DNA from: a virus
IMG/VR virus record: IMGVR_UViG_3300032516_002690
Span: 40,210-104,209 of that record
Length of the DNA: 64,000 nt
Strand: one strand, 5' to 3'
The notes beneath the pieces were generated by a model that worked only from the letters and a program-made list of their open reading frames with translations, was not told where the DNA came from and made no database searches. The stretch's first letter is position 1. Every line of letters starts with the position of its first letter. The position numbers and the translations under genes were made by a program. This document shows positions 1-9,763 of this stretch, piece after piece.

Positions 1-1329
1 TTCAAAAATCAAGAGGTTGACGCGCTATACTGTGCTGGCCTGGTTTTTTATAACTATTTGTATGACGTAATGCCTATGCGGAGAATGCTTACGCATTTCT
101 ACGCGCAGTTCGAATCGGGAAAGACGACACTTCTTTCGGTAACCTCCAACCACCCACAGTTACGAGAGTTTTCGCTATGTGACCATGCGCTAGCTCTCGA
201 TACATTCACACAAGCTGCGTTCTACCAGACATTCACAAATACAAGACTTGTTGCCGTTTTGGATGAAATGAATGATCCGGATGATGGCTCGATAGAATCC
301 CGTAATCGAAAACTGTTCTATCAACGTACACGGTCGTTAGCCACGAGTGGTTCGACTACCCTCAACCAGGGAACGGTGGATGGCAAGGGTCGATCTTTCA
401 ATATCGCTAATACTGTGATTACTGCGAGCGGCACTCCTATTCACGATCCCATGGATGAGAGCCGTTTTAACACGGTTAACCTAAAAAAGAACGCCAACCG
501 AAATAACGTGCGCCTGTTGCTACGTGCCGCGTTTACCGCTACGGAGATACAAGACCTTCGTCTGAGCATATTGATTAACGCAATAACGTTAGCGCCTAAC
601 GTAGCGACGCAGTACGCGTATTTATACGATCGTTACGGCAGTCGCCGTGAAGCGGATGCTAAAGGCACGACTACGATACAGAACGTGGATCGGTTTACTG
701 AGAATCTCATGCCGATGGCGGCTATTCTCAATGTGTTTGGTCAAGACGGTCAAAAGTTCATTGATAAGTACCGCGATACGCGCAAGCAGCAGGTCTACGA
801 GCGTGCGCACAGCACGCCTGGCCATGCGCTCATAGATACCATCCTTACGTCTAGTATTCCTTCGCGCGAAGAAGAGAATCAAATGACGACTATCAAGGCA
901 TTACTCTTACACCCGCACGACCGTGAGAAGATAAATAACACAAAGGTTGGTGTTTATTATGATGACGCGTGTAAATGCCTTGGTGTAGTCTGGTCTGAAG
1001 TAAGGCTAAATCTACTAAAGAATCAGTACAAAACAAGAACGCCCTACGCGCTTAAGTCTGAAGCTGAGACGGTCAGTGATTGGATTGTGAGTAAGCCTGA
1101 AGCCGACAAACTCGGCATTATACGTCGACTCATGGCCAAAGGCATGACGAGTTCTTCAGATGTCTATAGCATTATCACCGTACAGTCGCTGATTGCGCGT
1201 CACGAAGAAGCAGTAGGCGCAGATCAAAAAGAAGAGGATGCTAGAGTCGCTGCACTTAATCCGCCCAAGGAGATATCGTTCCGTGAAGCTCCGGCAAGTG
1301 CGGTAGATCCAATGGAAGGGCTAGGTTGA
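1..1329 (+). CDS. primase/helicase-like P-loop NTPase, C-terminal part (5' truncated by window edge)
   Basis: Frame open from base 1; Walker A-like AQFESGKTT and Walker B-like VAVLDEM; stop overlaps the polymerase ATG. Confidence 0.6.
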   Translation, partial: FKNQEVDALYCAGLVFYNYLYDVMPMRRMLTHFYAQFESGKTTLLSVTSNHPQLREFSLCDHALALDTFTQAAFYQTFTNTRLVAVLDEMNDPDDGSIESRNRKLFYQRTRSLATSGSTTLNQGTVDGKGRSFNIANTVITASGTPIHDPMDESRFNTVNLKKNANRNNVRLLLRAAFTATEIQDLRLSILINAITLAPNVATQYAYLYDRYGSRREADAKGTTTIQNVDRFTENLMPMAAILNVFGQDGQKFIDKYRDTRKQQVYERAHSTPGHALIDTILTSSIPSREEENQMTTIKALLLHPHDREKINNTKVGVYYDDACKCLGVVWSEVRLNLLKNQYKTRTPYALKSEAETVSDWIVSKPEADKLGIIRRLMAKGMTSSSDVYSIITVQSLIARHEEAVGADQKEEDARVAALNPPKEISFREAPASAVDPMEGLG

Positions 1330-4300
1330 TGACTGACCCCGTAAGTAAGGGACAGATTTGCAAAGGCTGTCCGAGATACGAAAACCGCCGTTGCGGTAGT
1401 GGTGATAAAAGCGGGCATGTTCAAGTCCTATTTATCGCGGAACAACCTGACGACATATCGGCGAGCACCGGGACGGCAGGTACTCCGTTTAGGGGACACG
1501 GCGGCAAGGTTGTACGTTCGGCGTTAGACTTTTTGACGCGCAAATATCCCAAATACGCGCCTATTACTTATGCGTTTACTTATGCGGCGCAATGCGTATC
1601 CCTGGACGACAGCGCGCCCAATAAAGAAGTACTGCATCACTGCCAGCCTAATGTGCAGAGCGTGATCAAGCAGTTCGAGCCTAAAGTCATTGTGGCGATG
1701 GGTGCGACGGCTTTACGCCAGCTGGGTGCTAAGCAGCAATATAGTGATTCGCGCAACAAGTTTCTCAAGCACTACAGCTACGAAGCCCCTATCTATGTAT
1801 CTTTCAGTGAAAAAGCACTGTTAGCGGCACCAGGCGTCTTCGAAACATTCAAGCTCAATTTAACCAATATATTTGATCGTGTCCTAAATGCTAGCGTGCC
1901 GCAACTTAGCCTAGATGAATTGGCTAAGTGTTATCTGGTGCCTAAAACTATGGACGAGGCCTTAGAGGCCTGTGACATGATTATGCGTTACACAAGCGGC
2001 AACTTAAGCGCGGCGGATTCACACATATCCGTGGATACCGAGACAAATACGCTATACGCCGAAAAGGCTACCTCTAAGATCATCGCATTTTGTTTCGGGT
2101 ATGATGACGGCAAGGCAGCCACATTACTGTACGACCACCCCAACGCCGGCGCGGAATATCTCCGTAGGCTCCCGGAGCTTACTGCTAAAATCAAAGAACT
2201 ACTTGCGTGCCGTAAACCCAAGATATTCCATAACGCCAAATTCGATTTGAAGTTCATAGAGCTCAAGTACGGCATGCCTGTGAACGAAGTGTTTTGGGAC
2301 ACGCTCCTGGGAGAGCATTTGCTCGATGAAGACAAGAAGGGCAATTATGGCCTGAAAGTCCTCACAGCAAATCATATACCCCAATACGGAGGTTACGAGG
2401 ATAAACTCTATGATCTTCTAGAAGAGAACGAAATCGTCTCTAAAGCAGATGAAGCGGGCAAAGAGCTAGAAGACCTACGCAAGATTATTGCGACGGAACA
2501 TCCTGGCTTTCTCAAACAACTCGAAGAATACAAAGATGCTCTCGTCATTTACGAGGTTGAGAAAGTTAAATACGACGCAGCTATGCGCGAACACGCCCTG
2601 GCCGTCGAAGACTATCACTTCTGCAAAGACTATCTAGCGGGGCAGCAAGCTGCTTGGGCTGTCGCTATAGCTAGCTGGGAGAAAGGTAAACGCGGGCGGC
2701 CCAAGAAGCCCGTCAAGTGGTTTACTAAGCCGGAAAAACCTGAGACGCTGAAAGAGCCGAAGCACCCTAAAGATCCGCGTACCAAGAAAGAGCAGCAAAT
2801 TAGCAAAGACGCGGGCTTTGAAAATATTCCCGTACATGACCTGCAAATCTACGGCGCAGTCGATGGTGACGTAACACGCCAACTTGCTAATATACAGCTT
2901 CGACGTATTTTCGTTGAGCGGTCTAAAGTACGTCCCCTAATGCGTACGCATGCTATTCCGGCGTCTCGCGTATTGGGCCGTATGGAATACGAAGGCATGC
3001 GCGTTGATCAGGCGTATATCGGCGTACTCGAAGAAGCGCTTTCGATTGTCGTTCACGATACCGAGCAAGAACTCCACCAAATGGTGGCTGCTACAAAGCC
3101 GCCGGGGCTCAAGTCGTTTAGCCTCAATGGCGCGCAGACGCTGGGCAATGTCTTGTACAACTGGGGCTGGGTACACCCCAACGGCAATAAACAAGGCGCC
3201 TACGAAGTTCGTGCTGTCACTAAGACAAACCAGCCGAGCACTTCTGAGAAAGTGCTGCGACAGTTTGTCAGCTACGAAGACGATAAAAAGACCATCCCTA
3301 CAGAGTCCGCGTACTTTATCGAGCGGCTATTGCGTTACCGCAAGGCAAGCAAGGCTCGCAATACATTTTTAGCGAATGTCCGTGCACTATCTAAGCGCGA
3401 CGGGTTTCTGCATACGCAATTTCATCTGAACGGAACGGGGACGGGAAGGCTCAGTTCCAGTGACATGAACATGCAGAATGTTCCCAAGTACCTCGCGGGG
3501 TGGAACCTCAAGAAGCTGTTCATACCGGACTCCAATGAATATTTCATCGTCAACGTCGACTACAAGGGCGCAGAGGTTCGCGTCTTTACAGCCTACGCAC
3601 GCGACGAAGCGCTGATCAAAGCCCTCAATGAAGGCCTAGATATGCACAGCTTTTTCGCTGCGCAGGTATTCAAGCGTCCTTACGAGATGTACGCGCGCCG
3701 AGATGATGCGACGTTCATACCCGACAAAAACCTGCGCCGCCTGCTGGATGTAGAGCGCTCCAATATCAAACGCGTGGTATTCGGAATTCTCTACGGAGCA
3801 GGCCCAGAGAAAATCTCGGAGACCATTGGCGTCAGCGTAGAGGAAGCTAAGGCGCTTATCGGGCTGCTCTATCAGATGTTTCCTGAGATTCAGAAATACG
3901 CTGAAATCGTCGAGCTGGAAGTTGCGAAGAACCATTTCGTAGACACCCACTTCGGACGCCGTAGACGGTTCCCGCTTGCTGCTATCGCGCGACACGCCGG
4001 CCGCGCTAAGCGTCAGGGTCGCAACTTCAAAATACAATCTACAAGCTCTGATATCGTACTTGGACAGCTCATCGAAATGGACGCGCCCTTGCGTTCTGAA
4101 TTCGGTGGGCGCATGTTGCTTACCGTGCATGATTCGCTGGTATTCCAATTCCCGAAGAAGTACATTCACCAGCTAAAGCCGTTTGTTAAAGAGTATGCAG
4201 AGGCGCGCGTAACCAAGAAGTATCCGTGGTTACCTGTACCTTTCGCAGCTGACGTAGAAGTCGGTGACAATTACGGTGAGTGTCAGTCCATCGAGAAGTA

Positions 4301-4397
4301 CCTAGCACAGCACCCTATTATCCTTCAGGAAGAAGGGATTGTAGAAGAACATGAGCTCCTCACAGAACTCCGACTTGACGCATTTGAAGCAGCTTGA
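1329..4397 (+). CDS. polA: family A DNA polymerase with N-terminal UDG family-4-like domain and 3'-5' exonuclease
   Basis: Exo motifs SVDTET, FHNAKFD, YGAVD; TGTGRLSS..NMQN; motif A VDYKGAEVR; motif B RSNIKRVVFGILYG; motif C LTVHDSL; N-terminal CKGC..LFIAEQP..PFRG.GG. Confidence 0.95.
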   Translation: MTDPVSKGQICKGCPRYENRRCGSGDKSGHVQVLFIAEQPDDISASTGTAGTPFRGHGGKVVRSALDFLTRKYPKYAPITYAFTYAAQCVSLDDSAPNKEVLHHCQPNVQSVIKQFEPKVIVAMGATALRQLGAKQQYSDSRNKFLKHYSYEAPIYVSFSEKALLAAPGVFETFKLNLTNIFDRVLNASVPQLSLDELAKCYLVPKTMDEALEACDMIMRYTSGNLSAADSHISVDTETNTLYAEKATSKIIAFCFGYDDGKAATLLYDHPNAGAEYLRRLPELTAKIKELLACRKPKIFHNAKFDLKFIELKYGMPVNEVFWDTLLGEHLLDEDKKGNYGLKVLTANHIPQYGGYEDKLYDLLEENEIVSKADEAGKELEDLRKIIATEHPGFLKQLEEYKDALVIYEVEKVKYDAAMREHALAVEDYHFCKDYLAGQQAAWAVAIASWEKGKRGRPKKPVKWFTKPEKPETLKEPKHPKDPRTKKEQQISKDAGFENIPVHDLQIYGAVDGDVTRQLANIQLRRIFVERSKVRPLMRTHAIPASRVLGRMEYEGMRVDQAYIGVLEEALSIVVHDTEQELHQMVAATKPPGLKSFSLNGAQTLGNVLYNWGWVHPNGNKQGAYEVRAVTKTNQPSTSEKVLRQFVSYEDDKKTIPTESAYFIERLLRYRKASKARNTFLANVRALSKRDGFLHTQFHLNGTGTGRLSSSDMNMQNVPKYLAGWNLKKLFIPDSNEYFIVNVDYKGAEVRVFTAYARDEALIKALNEGLDMHSFFAAQVFKRPYEMYARRDDATFIPDKNLRRLLDVERSNIKRVVFGILYGAGPEKISETIGVSVEEAKALIGLLYQMFPEIQKYAEIVELEVAKNHFVDTHFGRRRRFPLAAIARHAGRAKRQGRNFKIQSTSSDIVLGQLIEMDAPLRSEFGGRMLLTVHDSLVFQFPKKYIHQLKPFVKEYAEARVTKKYPWLPVPFAADVEVGDNYGECQSIEKYLAQHPIILQEEGIVEEHELLTELRLDAFEAA

Positions 4398-4422
4398 AAC
4401 GAAGACATTCGATAAGTACGGA

Positions 4423-4914
4423 ATGACGTTTATGTACCACGTGTCGACAACGCATGTCGACGAGTGGGTTTCGCATATTGTTACAGATACTGAAGGTAAA
4501 CCCGCACGACAAGAGTGGAAGCAAACGGGTGAGGTACTTAAAGTCAGCGAAGTAATCGACGCTGTACTAAAGGACGACGGGCGTTGCCAGATAGCCCGAC
4601 CTATCTTCTTGTACTCGACAGCGGATGGGCCTTTGCTGGCCATCGCGCTGAAAAACAGCCAGGAATACGTCGAACTGCTAGATCCCTGCATTGTTGTCTA
4701 CGACGGCAAGAGCCAGTTAAATCTCGTGCCTATTTTCGGAGTCAGTCGCATATTAACCGTAGCACGGACGGCTATACGCTCGTGGCAGGCTCCGAACGAA
4801 TTGCTGCTCGCAGCATACCCTAAATTTCTAATCCAGAATCGCATGTACAAGTATCAACTACGTCCTCTTGTACCCTTCGTTACTACGCCTGAATTGACCA
4901 ACGACGGCACGTAA
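4423..4914 (+). CDS. hypothetical protein, C-terminal half possibly Sm/LSm-like fold
   Basis: ORF 4351-4914, ATG at 4423 avoids overlap with polA; pattern VELLDPCIV..LNLVP..LTVARTAI..P..LLAAY resembles phage Sm-like proteins (inference). Confidence 0.5.
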   Translation: MTFMYHVSTTHVDEWVSHIVTDTEGKPARQEWKQTGEVLKVSEVIDAVLKDDGRCQIARPIFLYSTADGPLLAIALKNSQEYVELLDPCIVVYDGKSQLNLVPIFGVSRILTVARTAIRSWQAPNELLLAAYPKFLIQNRMYKYQLRPLVPFVTTPELTNDGT

Positions 4915-4938
4915 AACATACACATTTCTGGTACAAGT

Positions 4939-5092
4939 AGATAGAGCAGCAACTCTAGATTATCCCTGTTTCCTCCTAGTTACAGGTACTCGTTACAATG
5001 CCTGCACGGGCCGCGGGTTCCTAACCTGTTCCCCCCGCGCGTGAGGTAGGTGTGGCCAGGCACCGAATAATCTGTTGAGTTGCTGCTCGTCT
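4939..5092. ncRNA. structured intergenic element, candidate ncRNA (possibly a divergent retron-like unit); strand uncertain
   Basis: Perfect 12-bp IR GAGCAGCAACTC 4944-4955 / GAGTTGCTGCTC 5077-5088, extended by AGATTAT/ATAATCT; inner stems CCTGT/ACAGG, TGCCTG/CAGGCA, CGCGGG/CCCGCG. Confidence 0.5.
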
Positions 5093-6763
5093 CTAAGCCC
5101 CGTTGTACGTAAACATCGGGTCCATCGACATAAACTTGGCAGCCATCCAGCCGAATATTTGGCCATGCAGACAGTCGTCGGGTTGTGACGGTGCATGCCG
5201 CCACACCTTACGGCCCTGTAGCGTGACCTCTTCGTATTCATTTAGCAGGTCTTTAATCGGAATCTGCATGCTGCGTATATTGGGAAATATAACGCCTCGA
5301 CGTTTCAAATACATAAAATAATGGTCGATCATGGTCGTACGTTCAGCCATAAATCGATCTGTTCTATTCCAATAGAACGGGCGTGAATTACCTCCACCGC
5401 CGCCACTTGCGGTACCGCGATACTGCACTTGCATAGCACGATGAGGACCGAGACGTTCGCGCAAATTGGAGTTAGCTAATGCGCCCTCGCCGGCGTCTCC
5501 AATAATAAGGGATACGTTGAATCGATTGCAGATATCGACAATGTGATCTATGACGCCGCCGGATATAGGGTTTGTTTCCGGATATATCTTGAAATACAGA
5601 GTACGCAGTTTGAAATTGTGTTCGGTGGTCCCGCTGGTGACACCCCATACCCACAGCACCGTGCGGGACGTGGCGTTCTGTCCTCCTCCAGACCAATCAA
5701 CGCCAGCCACGACACTGCGGACATCCGACATGAGTAAATTGTGCGTGGGGTATTCTTGGACTTCGTATTCCTCACACATGCTCTCTAGTTCTTCTTTAGA
5801 CAATAGGCGCGTGCCGATAGCATCCGATGTGCCCATTACCTCGTTCTTGAACTTGGAGGGTGGGTAAACGCTGTGCTTATCGAGAATACGTTTCCAGCGA
5901 CTATAAGCAACATCCTGGTTCTTTTGATCTGAAGGCATCGAAACAGGTACGTTTTTAGGTAGAATTACCTGCGGTACGTGAAAACCCTTGATGCGTTTAC
6001 CTTCAAATCCTTTGGGGTAGACGTGCATGTCCACCCACTCCCCGTTACGGACGTTGAGGTATTTACCGCATTTCAAACATATAGGCCCTAATTTACCCAG
6101 GCATTTTTCATCAACAAAGAATTGATGCGTATTACAAGCTTGGCATTTAACAACCCACTCAGTCTGCGTACTCCACTGCCACAACTGCTCAATGGTGTTC
6201 TCCATTGATTTAGGCGTGCCGCAGTACGTCTCGTACGCGTAATCCGAGTTAGCCATACATTCGTTAATAACGGGTATTACCTCGTCATATAAAATATCCT
6301 GAACCTCATCGTAAGCTACGCGGTCTGCTGATACACCGCGTGCGCGGTCGGGGTCATCACTCGCATACGAGAAAGCCAACTCTGACCCGTTGGTAAACAT
6401 TTTCTGATAAACGCGACTTGATAGTTCTTTTGAGACCCAACGCTGCCTGATATCAGGAGAGTAAAATATAGTCTTCCCGACACGGGTTTGTGAGAACTTG
6501 GTCGTTTGTTCCTGACTAGGTGCTATGAAAAAACTCTTCCAGTGGGGCGTGCTACATGCCTCCATGATCAGGAAGTTTGCGAGTGTGGTGCTCTTTGCAA
6601 CCTGTCGTGCGGTCTTCAATAACATTGCCGGATATATGTTATTGTACACGTGTCGATAGAATGGAAAATGTTCTAACGAGAATGGTTTTCCATCGAGATG
6701 CAAAAGAGTAGTCACCCACTCTGACCGACGTATCGATAACTCTGAAAAATCATTCGAAGTCAT
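5093..6763 (-). CDS. terL: terminase large subunit (GpA-like)
   Basis: Walker A KTARQVAKSTT, Walker B VAYDEVQD, CxxC..CxxC, nuclease motifs VAGVDW and PDDCLH. Confidence 0.9.
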   Translation of the reverse strand: MTSNDFSELSIRRSEWVTTLLHLDGKPFSLEHFPFYRHVYNNIYPAMLLKTARQVAKSTTLANFLIMEACSTPHWKSFFIAPSQEQTTKFSQTRVGKTIFYSPDIRQRWVSKELSSRVYQKMFTNGSELAFSYASDDPDRARGVSADRVAYDEVQDILYDEVIPVINECMANSDYAYETYCGTPKSMENTIEQLWQWSTQTEWVVKCQACNTHQFFVDEKCLGKLGPICLKCGKYLNVRNGEWVDMHVYPKGFEGKRIKGFHVPQVILPKNVPVSMPSDQKNQDVAYSRWKRILDKHSVYPPSKFKNEVMGTSDAIGTRLLSKEELESMCEEYEVQEYPTHNLLMSDVRSVVAGVDWSGGGQNATSRTVLWVWGVTSGTTEHNFKLRTLYFKIYPETNPISGGVIDHIVDICNRFNVSLIIGDAGEGALANSNLRERLGPHRAMQVQYRGTASGGGGGNSRPFYWNRTDRFMAERTTMIDHYFMYLKRRGVIFPNIRSMQIPIKDLLNEYEEVTLQGRKVWRHAPSQPDDCLHGQIFGWMAAKFMSMDPMFTYNGA

Positions 6764-6790
6764 TGACTGTTGAACCTACGGTAGGAATTT

Positions 6791-8071
6791 ATGGCTGATA
6801 AGAAAGATATCACGCAACCTTGGGAAAAGCTCGGTATTGGACCCACGGGCATGGGGCAGATACCAAAAATCCTCAACATTGTGTGGGCTATGCAAAAGAA
6901 GCTCACCGTGTGCTTGGTTGGCGAAACAGGAATCGGTAAGACTCCGATCGTACACCAATGGTGTAAAGAAAAGGGCGGGTTTATGTATCCGCTCAATTTT
7001 GGACACATGTCGCAAGAGGAAGTGTCCATGATCATGTTCACTGAAAAGGGCGATACCTTCGACTTCGTACCGCCGCAGTGGATGCATGACCTCAATACAC
7101 AGGCGGAGCAAAAGGGCTGCGCTGTGCTGTTTCTTGACGAGTGGAATCGCGGCGATAAGGCCATGGTTAACGCGCTATTCACGCTTACCGATGAGCGTCG
7201 GGTACACAACTTTCAGTTACACCCCAATGTTTTGGTAGTTGCTGCGATGAATCCCAGCGATGGCAGCTACCTGGTCAATGAAGCTGAAAAGGACCATGCT
7301 ATCCGCAAACGCCTGAATTTCGTGTACTGCGTGCACGACCTACAGGCATTCTTGGAGCATACAAAAGCTGCCGGCTGGCATCCGCTGGTACCTGCGTTTA
7401 TCAAGGCTGCGAGCACGTACCTCTACGACGTAGGCGCGCGTGATGCCGGCAAGGCCTTTGCCTGTCCTTCAAATTGGGAGAAGGTCTCGGGCATTATGAA
7501 GGCCGCCAAGAAGGCTGGCGTAGACTACGCCGACGGTGCTGTCTGCAGACTTGTCGAAGGCCAGATTGGTTCTCATGCAGCTGAGAAATTCATGGAATTC
7601 GTACAGGACCAGAATACGCTTATCCAGCCGTCGGAAATACTGAACGAGTACACGTACGGCTCAGCGGTGCGTGGCCGTGTTGCGGCTATTCTCAATTGCG
7701 CCATTGACAAGGACACCAAGAAGTTCGTCGAGAAAGAGAACAAGCAAAAGACACGTGCCAGCGTTATTAGTGATGTCAGCAAGGGTGTGGCAATCGAATT
7801 GTTCAGCTTGAACCCGGAGCCTTCTGTTGTTGCTCCGCGACTCGCGTTGTTTATGCACGACCTACCCAATGAGCTGCTTCAGACACTCACAACTAGCCTC
7901 GGTGAACAGTGCAGGGTTAAGGGTACAGACGGGGATAAATACCTCGGTCGCTTGTCCCAGAGTCTTGCAAAGATACCGGAATACAAGGGGAAGATGAAAT
8001 TCATCATGGATACGATGCGCGAATACCGCGTCCGTGCAAACATGGTGACCGACGCAGACCCAATGGCTTGA
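6791..8071 (+). CDS. MoxR-family AAA+ ATPase
   Basis: GETGIGKT, LFLDEWNR, VVAAMNP, D.AIRKR, CPSNWE. Confidence 0.9.
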   Translation: MADKKDITQPWEKLGIGPTGMGQIPKILNIVWAMQKKLTVCLVGETGIGKTPIVHQWCKEKGGFMYPLNFGHMSQEEVSMIMFTEKGDTFDFVPPQWMHDLNTQAEQKGCAVLFLDEWNRGDKAMVNALFTLTDERRVHNFQLHPNVLVVAAMNPSDGSYLVNEAEKDHAIRKRLNFVYCVHDLQAFLEHTKAAGWHPLVPAFIKAASTYLYDVGARDAGKAFACPSNWEKVSGIMKAAKKAGVDYADGAVCRLVEGQIGSHAAEKFMEFVQDQNTLIQPSEILNEYTYGSAVRGRVAAILNCAIDKDTKKFVEKENKQKTRASVISDVSKGVAIELFSLNPEPSVVAPRLALFMHDLPNELLQTLTTSLGEQCRVKGTDGDKYLGRLSQSLAKIPEYKGKMKFIMDTMREYRVRANMVTDADPMA

Positions 8072-8752
8072 TCAGCAGCTCTTGAAAGGCGCGATTTGTC
8101 GTTCGCGCATCTGAAGGCGTTTGTCAAAATAAATCTGCACAGCAGCTAGCCGTGCGAGCTGAACACCTTCGGTGGTTTCCGGGTAAGGCGCGTCTAGTAA
8201 GGCTTGTCCTCTAGGCGCGTCTGCCCATGCTTTGTGCATGGTGGCTGCTAATTCTTTAGCTCCCTTTGGCAGGAGCTTCGCTAGCTCTACTGAAGCCATT
8301 TCGAGCGTTGGCGGTGCAATAGCAAAGCCTTCGCGGTATAGCTGTACGGCTGTATAACTGATTGGCTCTCGGTCGAATTCCAATGTCTCTTTTTCATACT
8401 CTTGATGTATGAGATTAGCCTCAAATACAGCCCAATTGATGTAGACCACGGGCGCGTCCTCTACGCCCATGTACGTAGGTTCCTCGTTATTGAACGCGAT
8501 GCACGTTGCTTCGAAAGCATTCGCGTCGTACCAAAAACGCCCTGTGGTGAGTAGAGAACGAGCGGCCATGATCTGCGAGCGATTGCCAATAGGCACGTCT
8601 ACTTTTTGATGATTTAGCTCAATCCAGAGAGTCTGCGGTTCCCAGTTGAGCCAGTCGTTATCAAATAGGCAAAACATGGCTTTCATGCACGCACTCGCGC
8701 ACGTCTCATCGAGCCGCAAAGCTTCGCGCGCTAATTTGTCGTGCTCACCCAT
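8072..8752 (-). CDS. hypothetical protein
   Basis: About 226-aa ORF overlapping the end of the upstream - strand gene. Confidence 0.6.
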   Translation of the reverse strand: MGEHDKLAREALRLDETCASACMKAMFCLFDNDWLNWEPQTLWIELNHQKVDVPIGNRSQIMAARSLLTTGRFWYDANAFEATCIAFNNEEPTYMGVEDAPVVYINWAVFEANLIHQEYEKETLEFDREPISYTAVQLYREGFAIAPPTLEMASVELAKLLPKGAKELAATMHKAWADAPRGQALLDAPYPETTEGVQLARLAAVQIYFDKRLQMRERQIAPFKSC

Positions 8753-9737
8753 TGGTGACGTAATCACGCAGTGAAGATTTCACATCAAGCGGCAGAGTCT
8801 CGAACACTTGCTTGAAGGACATAGGATCACCGGATTGCGCAACTTGCGCCAGCTCGGGTGCGTCTACCTGCTGCCATACTTCCTCGGGCAGCTGCATCAG
8901 CGCTGAGCAAGGCACTTGCACGCCGGCCACGTCGCACATATCTTCTGCTATCTTTTCCGTGTTGAACACGGTCTGCAGCGGGTCGGGAATCTTACGGTCG
9001 TAAAACTTCGTAAGTCCTGCGGTCTTATCGAGCTCTGCAATGACCACCGCAAGTTTTACCAGGTCACGACGATTGGTAATTACATTCGGCATCTTGTGCG
9101 TAGCGTTGGCGAGCTTTTCGAAAGCTACTTTGTGCGTAGGTTCCGTAGTGGCATCTGCTCGCGCTTCAAGCCAATCACGGATCAACGCAGGATTACTCAC
9201 CGTAGCGCCGGCCATTTTCAACGAAAATGGCCGGAGAGTTACGTTATGTTTTTTTGCGGCTTCATATAACCGACTAAATGCATCAGCTCGCTTTTCGAGC
9301 GTAATCAAATCGTAATCACGGTGTAGTACTTCTTCAGCTACCTTGATTTGTGCAGCACTGTCTAAGGGCAGACGCCTGCTCTCGGGCAACGCGTATGTAG
9401 TCTCTACCGCACTCGCGCATTTCATAGGCGAGAAGACTGACTCCTCGATACTGTACACGGTGCGCGCTGTTTCCAGCTTAGCGTCCACGTGCCTAGGTAC
9501 AAAAGATCCGACCTTACTGCGGTAAAAGATACTAGCAATACAATCCTCACGTGTATGTATTGGGAAGCGTCTTTCGTCTTCCCACGCGAAAGCAGTGCTC
9601 GGCAAATTGTCGGACGCGACTTTCGCGGTATCAAATGACGCTGTTTTTAGCATTTCGCGAGCAAGGGGGAAATCACGCGTAAGCACATGCAAGTGTGCGT
9701 AGACCGGATCACCATTGTACTGGTCGATAATCGTCAT
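8745..9737 (-). CDS. hypothetical protein with an internally duplicated RRxPl motif
   Basis: 330-aa ORF; FAWEDERRFPIHT and YALPESRRLPLDS. Confidence 0.65.
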   Translation of the reverse strand: MTIIDQYNGDPVYAHLHVLTRDFPLAREMLKTASFDTAKVASDNLPSTAFAWEDERRFPIHTREDCIASIFYRSKVGSFVPRHVDAKLETARTVYSIEESVFSPMKCASAVETTYALPESRRLPLDSAAQIKVAEEVLHRDYDLITLEKRADAFSRLYEAAKKHNVTLRPFSLKMAGATVSNPALIRDWLEARADATTEPTHKVAFEKLANATHKMPNVITNRRDLVKLAVVIAELDKTAGLTKFYDRKIPDPLQTVFNTEKIAEDMCDVAGVQVPCSALMQLPEEVWQQVDAPELAQVAQSGDPMSFKQVFETLPLDVKSSLRDYVTNG

Positions 9738-9763
9738 GGCTGGATTATAGCAGGAGGCGCGGG

